From: Corallococcus macrosporus
GTDB taxonomy: Bacteria; Myxococcota; Myxococcia; Myxococcales; Myxococcaceae
Assembly: GCF_017302985.1 (NCBI RefSeq)
Contig: NZ_JAFIMU010000004.1
Span: 816,869 to 848,868, forward strand
Length of the DNA stretch: 32,000 bases
Direction of reading: 5' to 3'
The stretch's first letter is position 1. Every line of letters starts with the position of its first letter. The position numbers were made by a program, and so were the translations under genes. This document shows, one piece after another, positions 26,375 to 32,000 of the stretch. The notes beneath the pieces were generated by a model. It ran no database searches, was not told the DNA's origin, and was given only the letters and a program-made list of their open reading frames with translations.

Positions 26375-28657
26375 GTGCTGGCGCGTCGGCTCACCCCCCT
26401 GCGGCAGCGCCTGGATGCGCTCCGCCAGCCCGTGGCGGCGCGTGGCGGCGCGTGGTCCTGGCCCTTCGGCCGCAAGCTGAAGGGGCCGGAGGACCTGGGC
26501 CTGCCGGTGCTCGTGGCGCTCGACCGTGAGCTGGACCGCGTGGGCATCCACACCGCCGCGGACGCGCGGCTGCTGCTCGCGCTGGGCACCCAGCGGGGGA
26601 GGGCGGGGGCGCTCGCGCAGGGGCTCGCGGCGCGCGCGAACCAGGCGCTGGAGGAGTACGAGGAGTGCCTGCGTCTGGTCGAGCGGGCGCACCGCTCCGG
26701 GGACATGCCGCCCGGTGCCTTGACGGCGTTGGACCGCGGCTTCGTGCGGCTGGCGCGCGCGGTCAAGGTCGCGGACCTCTTCGGACGTCCGCTGGAAGCG
26801 CAGGGCGGAGACGACGGGCCGTTCGAAATCTTCGAGCGCCCGAGCGAGACGACCCGGGAGCGCCCGCCGGCCAACGCGCGCCTGGCCGTCGCGGAGCTGC
26901 TGGCCGCCCGCGCGCGGGACAACGTCATCGACCTGGTGCAGAAGCGGCGCGACCTGGACCTGGCCCACGAGATGCTGCTGCGCCTGGGCACGACGGACGC
27001 GGACCGCGCGCGGAGCATGGCGCTGCGCAACGACGTGGCGGAGGCCCGTGAGCGGGTGCGTGAAGTGCCGCCCACGCGCTCCCTGGAGGCGCTGGTGCGC
27101 GGCGTGAGGGAGACGGCCCAGAAGGATCCCAGGGGTGCCTACCGTTCGCTGCAGGGCCTCTACGAGCGCGCCATCGAGGCGGGGGACGCGGAGCTGGCCT
27201 CGGCTGCTCGGCGCGCGCTGACGCCGCTGCTTCCCCCGGAGCCCAGGCTGACGCGGATGGTGGAGGAGGCGGAGGCGGGCGCTCGGCTGCAGTGGCTGGG
27301 GGAGGCGGACGCGGAGGCGGACTCCGGACGCGAGACGGAGGACGCGCCGGACGAGCAGCTCGCGGACCTGGCGTTCTCCCTGAAGCCGGAGCAACTGGCC
27401 ACGTTCGACCTGGCGGCGGGGTGCGCCCGTTTCTTCGACGTGGAGGACGCGCTGTCGGAGGAGATCGTCGAGAAGGACGCCGCCGCGGCCCGGGCCGTCC
27501 CGCGCCAGGTGCCCTATCCGACGCAGACGATGTCGTTCGCCACGACGGGGAGCCTGGACGAGGTCCATCAGTTCGTCATCACGGATCCGCGGCGCATCCT
27601 CCAGGACCTCGCGGCGCACCGTCAGCTCGTGCGCACCTACCTTGACGACGCGCCGCCCCCCAAGCCGCGCAAGGTGAAGCGCACCGCCGTGCGCGTCTAC
27701 GTCTGTGACGCCTCCGGCTCCATGCACGGCGCACGGGCTCGCTTCCGTGACGCGCTGATCATCGCGGAGCTGAACAACCTGCGCGTGAAGGCCCGGCGCG
27801 GAGAAAACTTCGACCCGCTCTACTTCAGCTTCTTCAACGACGTGCCCACGGAGCTGGCCCGCGTGGACACCGCCGCGGAGGCGACACGGCAGATCGAAAA
27901 GCTCTTCCGGGACTCGCCCGCGGAGGGGCAGACGGACATCTCGCTGGCCCTGCTGTCCGCGTTCGACTCCATCCGCGCCGCGCAGGGGCGGGACCCGTAC
28001 CTCGCTCGCGCCACGGTGGTGCTCATCACCGACGGCGAGGACCGCGTGGACCTGGACCTCATCCGCCGCACGCGTGCGCCCATGGGCGCCCTGGACATCG
28101 CGCTGAGCTTCATCTCGCTGGGCGAGGAGAACCCGGACCTCAAGTCCCTGGTGCTGGAGCAACGCGCCGCTGGAGGCCGCGCCTTCTACCACCCGCTCTC
28201 CGACGAGGAGATCCGCTGGGCGCGCACGGAGTTCGACACGCCCTGGCGCACGCTGCTGCCGCGCGACGTGCCCGCCTCGCTGGAGGCCCTGGAGGCGCTG
28301 GCCCCGCACCTGGACGCGCTGGAGGCGGTGGCGGCCGGCCGCGCGCCCGGGACGGGGGTGGCCGTGGAGGCGTCCTTCGACGCGCTCTTCCCTGCCACGC
28401 CCCCGGCATCCACCGTGCCGGAGAAGCCCGGCATGGAGCTGGTGGCGCGGGTGACGGACATCCTGGAAGCGGTGGGCGAGGCCGCGTCGCTCGCTCCCGC
28501 GGACCGGCGCGCGACAGAGAGCGTGGTGCTCCTGCAGCACCTGCTGTCCGTCTATGGACTCACGCCCGCGCGCTACCTGGCCGTGCTGTCCGGCGGCGCG
28601 CGTCCGGTGGGCGAGGCACTGGAACGGGTGCGGCTGCTCTGCCGCCCGTTCGGGTAG
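26375..28657 (+). CDS. VWA domain-containing protein (MoxR partner)
   Basis: 760 aa. VYVCDASGSMHGARARFRDALI is a MIDAS DxSxS motif; TVVLITDGEDRVDLDL. Confidence 0.9.
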   Translation: MLARRLTPLRQRLDALRQPVAARGGAWSWPFGRKLKGPEDLGLPVLVALDRELDRVGIHTAADARLLLALGTQRGRAGALAQGLAARANQALEEYEECLRLVERAHRSGDMPPGALTALDRGFVRLARAVKVADLFGRPLEAQGGDDGPFEIFERPSETTRERPPANARLAVAELLAARARDNVIDLVQKRRDLDLAHEMLLRLGTTDADRARSMALRNDVAEARERVREVPPTRSLEALVRGVRETAQKDPRGAYRSLQGLYERAIEAGDAELASAARRALTPLLPPEPRLTRMVEEAEAGARLQWLGEADAEADSGRETEDAPDEQLADLAFSLKPEQLATFDLAAGCARFFDVEDALSEEIVEKDAAAARAVPRQVPYPTQTMSFATTGSLDEVHQFVITDPRRILQDLAAHRQLVRTYLDDAPPPKPRKVKRTAVRVYVCDASGSMHGARARFRDALIIAELNNLRVKARRGENFDPLYFSFFNDVPTELARVDTAAEATRQIEKLFRDSPAEGQTDISLALLSAFDSIRAAQGRDPYLARATVVLITDGEDRVDLDLIRRTRAPMGALDIALSFISLGEENPDLKSLVLEQRAAGGRAFYHPLSDEEIRWARTEFDTPWRTLLPRDVPASLEALEALAPHLDALEAVAAGRAPGTGVAVEASFDALFPATPPASTVPEKPGMELVARVTDILEAVGEAASLAPADRRATESVVLLQHLLSVYGLTPARYLAVLSGGARPVGEALERVRLLCRPFG

Positions 28658-28674
28658 GCTCCAGGGCACGCGCC

Positions 28675-29244
28675 ATGTTCGGCTTCCTCAAACGCAAGAA
28701 GACGCCTCCGGCGCCCGTGGACCCGCTGGCCACGTTCGACCGGCTCATCGAGGACCTGGAGCGCCAGGCGGCCGAGGTGCGCAAGTCCGCCGCCACGCTG
28801 CTGGCCCTCAAGGGCGAGCTCTCCCGAGGCGTGACGCGCTACACGGCCCGCCTGGGCGACATCGCCGGGCGGCGCCAGACGGCGCATGACCGGGGCGACG
28901 CGAAGGGCGTGGGCGTGCTGGAGCGCGACCGCGTGCAGACCGAACGCCTGCTGGAGTCCACGCGCGAGTCGCTGCGGCGCGCGGAGCGGGACTCGGAGCT
29001 GTTGCTCGGCGCGGCCAGCGAGCTGGGCGAGCGCGTGGCGGACCTGCGCATCGAGCGCGAGAGCGCGTCCGCGCGGATGGCCGCGGGCGGCGTCGTCACC
29101 GAGGCGCTGCGCGAGCAGGTGGAGCGCTTCGACCGGGTGATGGCGCTGGAGGCCGCGCGCGACGAGGTGGAGAAGGCGCACGCGCTGGCGGACATCTACC
29201 GCGAGGAGCACCAGCCCCCCGCGACGCCCGAGCGCGTGAAGTAG
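28675..29244 (+). CDS. Coiled-coil hypothetical protein of the MoxR/VWA operon
   Basis: 189 aa, highly charged heptad-like helices (LIEDLERQAAEVRKSAATLLALKG...). 17 nt after the VWA stop. Confidence 0.8.
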   Translation: MFGFLKRKKTPPAPVDPLATFDRLIEDLERQAAEVRKSAATLLALKGELSRGVTRYTARLGDIAGRRQTAHDRGDAKGVGVLERDRVQTERLLESTRESLRRAERDSELLLGAASELGERVADLRIERESASARMAAGGVVTEALREQVERFDRVMALEAARDEVEKAHALADIYREEHQPPATPERVK

Positions 29245-29254
29245 GGGAGGGTGC

Positions 29255-30136
29255 CTAGTTCCGCCGCGCCGTCTGGTGCAGCTCCAGCACGATGTTGCCG
29301 CCCTTGAGCAGCCGCACCGCGCCCGACGTCTGGCTCACCACGAGCGCGATGCAGTGGGTGGTGGAGGTGATGCCCGCGGCGGCCGCGTGGCGCGCGCCCA
29401 GGCCCAGCGGAATCTTCACCGTGTCGTCGTTGGCGGACAGGTAGCGGCCCGCGGCCAGCACCACGCCGTCCTCGCGGATGACGAACGCACCGTCCAGCAC
29501 GGAGAAGTTCTTGATGGCGTCGCGGATCTTCGGGTCGAGCACGTTGCGCTCGGACTCCGACAGGCCCTGGAACGGGTTGATGGTCAGCTGCCTGCTCTTC
29601 TCCAGCACGGCCGTGTGGTCGCCAATCGTGATGATGGTCCCGATGGGGTGGCCCTCGAAGCCCTCCTGGCCAATCTGCAGCGCCAGTTGGATCAGCGCGT
29701 CCACCACCTGCGAGTTGAACTCCTCGCCCAGCTTCACGCCCTCGATGGCCAGCCGGTCGTCCAGCGACCCGCCGATGCGCATCTGCATCAGCGTGTCCGG
29801 CGCGCGGCCCACCTTGCCCGTCATGCAGAGCACGAGGTCGCCTTCCTTGAACGCGCCCTGGGACAGCGCGGACACGAGCGCCACCTTCACCCGCTCCGTG
29901 CGCGAGTAGTCGTACGCGGGGATGACGAGCGCGCGGACCTTCTTGTGCTGGTGCTCCTGCGCCAGCTTGTCCAGCGTCACCGCGTACACCAGTTTCTTGC
30001 GCGCGGGCTTACCCCGGAGGTCCTCCGGAGGAATCGGCGTGTCGGAGATGTAGAGGAAGTGGTCGACCTCGCTCTTGGCGGCCAGGGAGAGCGCCGAGCG
30101 CAAGAATTCCCGATCGAACTTCGTGTTGTCGCTCAA
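29255..30136 (-). CDS. Diadenylate cyclase (DisA_N/DAC-like domain) protein with N-terminal extra domain
   Basis: SVLDGAFVIREDGVVLAAGRYLS and LGLGARHAAAAGITSTTHCIALVVSQTSGAVRLLKGG match DAC DGA and RH motifs. 293 aa. Confidence 0.85.
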   Translation of the reverse strand: MSDNTKFDREFLRSALSLAAKSEVDHFLYISDTPIPPEDLRGKPARKKLVYAVTLDKLAQEHQHKKVRALVIPAYDYSRTERVKVALVSALSQGAFKEGDLVLCMTGKVGRAPDTLMQMRIGGSLDDRLAIEGVKLGEEFNSQVVDALIQLALQIGQEGFEGHPIGTIITIGDHTAVLEKSRQLTINPFQGLSESERNVLDPKIRDAIKNFSVLDGAFVIREDGVVLAAGRYLSANDDTVKIPLGLGARHAAAAGITSTTHCIALVVSQTSGAVRLLKGGNIVLELHQTARRN

Positions 30137-30175
30137 GGCGCCCCTCGTGCACCCACGTTTTTAAAGCAGGTCAGC

Positions 30176-30203
30176 TTGACACTGGCAGCTGCCTGAATAA
30201 AGC
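30176..30203 (+). promoter_or_regulatory. Candidate promoter upstream of the dksA-like gene
   Basis: TTGACA at 30176-30181, TAAAGC at 30198-30203 (16 nt spacer; weak -10). Confidence 0.3.
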
Positions 30204-30262
30204 TTTCGGGCCCTTTTTTTCGGGGTCAGGCCCCCTCTACCCGTCCAACGGAGCCGCAGGCT

Positions 30263-30625
30263 GTGAACCAGAAAGATCTCAAGCGTTACAAGAAGATGCT
30301 CGAGGACAGCAAAGCGAGCCTGCTCGAAAGCGCGAAGAAGACCCTGGTGGAGGAATCGTCCTTCGACACGGACGACCTGCCTGACGAAATCGACCAGGCC
30401 GCCTCTGAGTACACCCAGTCCATGGTCTTCCGTCTGCGCGACCGGGAGAAGTTCCTCCTGCAGAAGATCGACGCCGCGCTCAAGCGCGTGGAGGACGGCA
30501 CCTTCGGCATCTGCGAGCGCTGCGAGGAGGACATCTCCCCCAAGCGTCTGGATGCGCGTCCGGTGACGACGCTCTGCATCCGCTGCAAGGAAGAGCAGGA
30601 GAAGAAGGAGAAGTCCTACGGCTGA
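30263..30625 (+). CDS. TraR/DksA family zinc-finger transcriptional regulator
   Basis: 120 aa, GTG start. FGICERCEEDISPKRLDARPVTTLCIRCKEEQE with C4 zinc finger. Confidence 0.94.
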   Translation: MNQKDLKRYKKMLEDSKASLLESAKKTLVEESSFDTDDLPDEIDQAASEYTQSMVFRLRDREKFLLQKIDAALKRVEDGTFGICERCEEDISPKRLDARPVTTLCIRCKEEQEKKEKSYG

Positions 30626-30691
30626 TGGCCGTTGGCTTCACCGGGCCGCACGGTGCTCCCGTGCGGTCCGCGCTTGCCGCATGCAGTCGCT

Positions 30692-31459
30692 TCAGGCCGC
30701 CGCGGGCTGGATCTCCACCCGCAGCAGCTGACGGCCGATGAGGAAGTGGTCGCCGTTGTCGACGAAGGTCGGCCCCGCCAGCCGGATGAACGTGCCGTTG
30801 GACGAGCCCACGTCGCGCACCATCAGCCGGTCCCCCCTGACCTGTAGCAGCGCATGCCGCCCGGACACGAAGCCGTCCGTGGGGAAGGCGATGTCGCCCT
30901 GCTCACGACCCAGCAGGTTGTCGCCGTCCTTGAGCGGGTAGGCCGCGCCGCGCAGGCCGCCCTCCAGCAGCTGGATGAGCCGCAGCCGGTAGCCCGGATC
31001 CGGCGAGCCCCACACCTGCGTGCCGCCCGGGCCCAGCGCCGCGGCGGGGATGGGCTCCAGCACCAAGCGCTGACGGCCCAGGCGCAGCTCTCCGCCGGCG
31101 GGCAGCTCGCGCTCGTTGCGCAGGCGCACGAAGACGCCGTTGGCGCCTCCCACGTCCTCGATGGCGAGCCGGGCGCCGGAGAAGAAGAAGCGCGCCTGCA
31201 CGGGCATGATGAAGGGGTCGTCGTTGAGCGCGATGTCCGCCTGCTGGCCGCAGGTGAGGGTGTCGCGCTGCATGCGCACGAGCGACTCGGGGCCGCCGTC
31301 CGCCCGCACCACGCGGATGGACACCTGCGGGCGCGACGAGACGTGCGCCACGGCCATCACCATGGTCCCGGAGCGGAGCGCCGAGCCACAAGCTCGGCAC
31401 ACAGTGGCATCCCGGGAATTCTCGGTGTCACAGCGGGGGCAATATTCCACGGCGTCCAT
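30692..31459 (-). CDS. FHA domain protein with N-terminal zinc ribbon
   Basis: MDAVEYCPRCDTENSRDATVCRACGSAL, then two FHA-like regions including DNLLGREQGDIAFPTDGFVSGRHALLQVRGDRLMVRDVGSSNGTFIRL. Confidence 0.92.
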   Translation of the reverse strand: MDAVEYCPRCDTENSRDATVCRACGSALRSGTMVMAVAHVSSRPQVSIRVVRADGGPESLVRMQRDTLTCGQQADIALNDDPFIMPVQARFFFSGARLAIEDVGGANGVFVRLRNERELPAGGELRLGRQRLVLEPIPAAALGPGGTQVWGSPDPGYRLRLIQLLEGGLRGAAYPLKDGDNLLGREQGDIAFPTDGFVSGRHALLQVRGDRLMVRDVGSSNGTFIRLAGPTFVDNGDHFLIGRQLLRVEIQPAAA

Positions 31460-31571
31460 GCGAGCTTCCCTTCTAGCAGGCCCGCGCCGCGTTGGGGGGC
31501 CCGACAGCGCACGGCTTGCTCCCCACCCGAGGGGCATGGTGAAGTCCCGGCCCCACTGACTGGACGCTGAC

Positions 31572-32000
31572 GTGTACTGCCCTTCCTGCGGCGCTGACGC
31601 CGAAGACTCTTCCCGCTACTGCCCTGCCTGCGGCGCGACGCTCCTGCGCTCGGCCGAGGGCGGCGACGAATACGTGGGCAAGACGATTGCCTCCAAGTAC
31701 CGGGTGGAGGCCCTCATCGGCGAAGGCGGCATGGGCAAGGTGTACCGCGCCCGTCAGCTCGCGCTGGACAAGGTGGTGGTGCTGAAGGTGCTGCGCCACA
31801 CGCTGCTGTCCGACGAGCGCACTGTCGCGCGCTTCCAGCGCGAGGCCAAGGCGGCCAGCCGCCTCAACCACCCCAACTCCATCAGCGTGCTGGACTTCGG
31901 CCAGGCCGACGACGGCGCGCTCTTCATCGCGATGGAGTACGTGGCCGGGCAGGACCTGCATCAGATCCTCAGCCGCGAGTGGCCGCTGGGCGAGGCGCGC
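31572..32000 (+). CDS. Serine/threonine protein kinase with N-terminal zinc ribbon, partial (runs off the right edge)
   Basis: Open frame from GTG 31572: VYCPSCGADAEDSSRYCPACGATLLRSAEGGDEYVGKTIASKYRVEALIGEGGMGKVYRARQLALDKVVVLKVL...HPNSISVLDFG. Start codon uncertain. Confidence 0.9.
   Translation, partial: MYCPSCGADAEDSSRYCPACGATLLRSAEGGDEYVGKTIASKYRVEALIGEGGMGKVYRARQLALDKVVVLKVLRHTLLSDERTVARFQREAKAASRLNHPNSISVLDFGQADDGALFIAMEYVAGQDLHQILSREWPLGEAR

Noticed and set aside
29276-30196. + strand 306 aa ORF opposite the diadenylate cyclase-like gene
   Set aside because: Shadow frame; the - strand product has DAC motifs.

Overview
This 32 kb high-GC window looks myxobacterial (inference from gene content and codon bias; no database search was possible). 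The left part (1..~11.6 kb, - strand) is the unusual region. It holds a duplicated four-gene YcaO/TfuA cassette. Gene order in transcription direction is [~245 aa putative ferredoxin-like/NIPSNAP-like protein] -> [small or tandem protein with a conserved ~70 aa module ending in G(C/I)(S/A)C..NLASL] -> [YcaO] -> [TfuA]. The two copies are separated by a serine/threonine kinase-ATPase-TPR protein (PknK-like layout) and an NmrA-type SDR protein. The second TfuA runs off the left window edge and is absent from the supplied ORF track. I read the NLASL-module proteins (three modules: two in one ORF, one in the other) as candidate substrates of a TfuA-type, probably thioamidating, YcaO pathway of a class I do not recognise. 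A receiver-domain regulator and a divergent sigma factor lie just upstream. The right part (13-32 kb) is largely ordinary chromosome: alpha/beta hydrolase, tRNA-Glu and tRNA-Lys, greB, PIN-PhoH protein, DUF493 protein, methyltransferase, lipid kinase, dnaK, DCC protein, MoxR/VWA operon, diadenylate-cyclase-like protein, DksA/TraR protein, and a divergent zinc-ribbon FHA / zinc-ribbon kinase pair.
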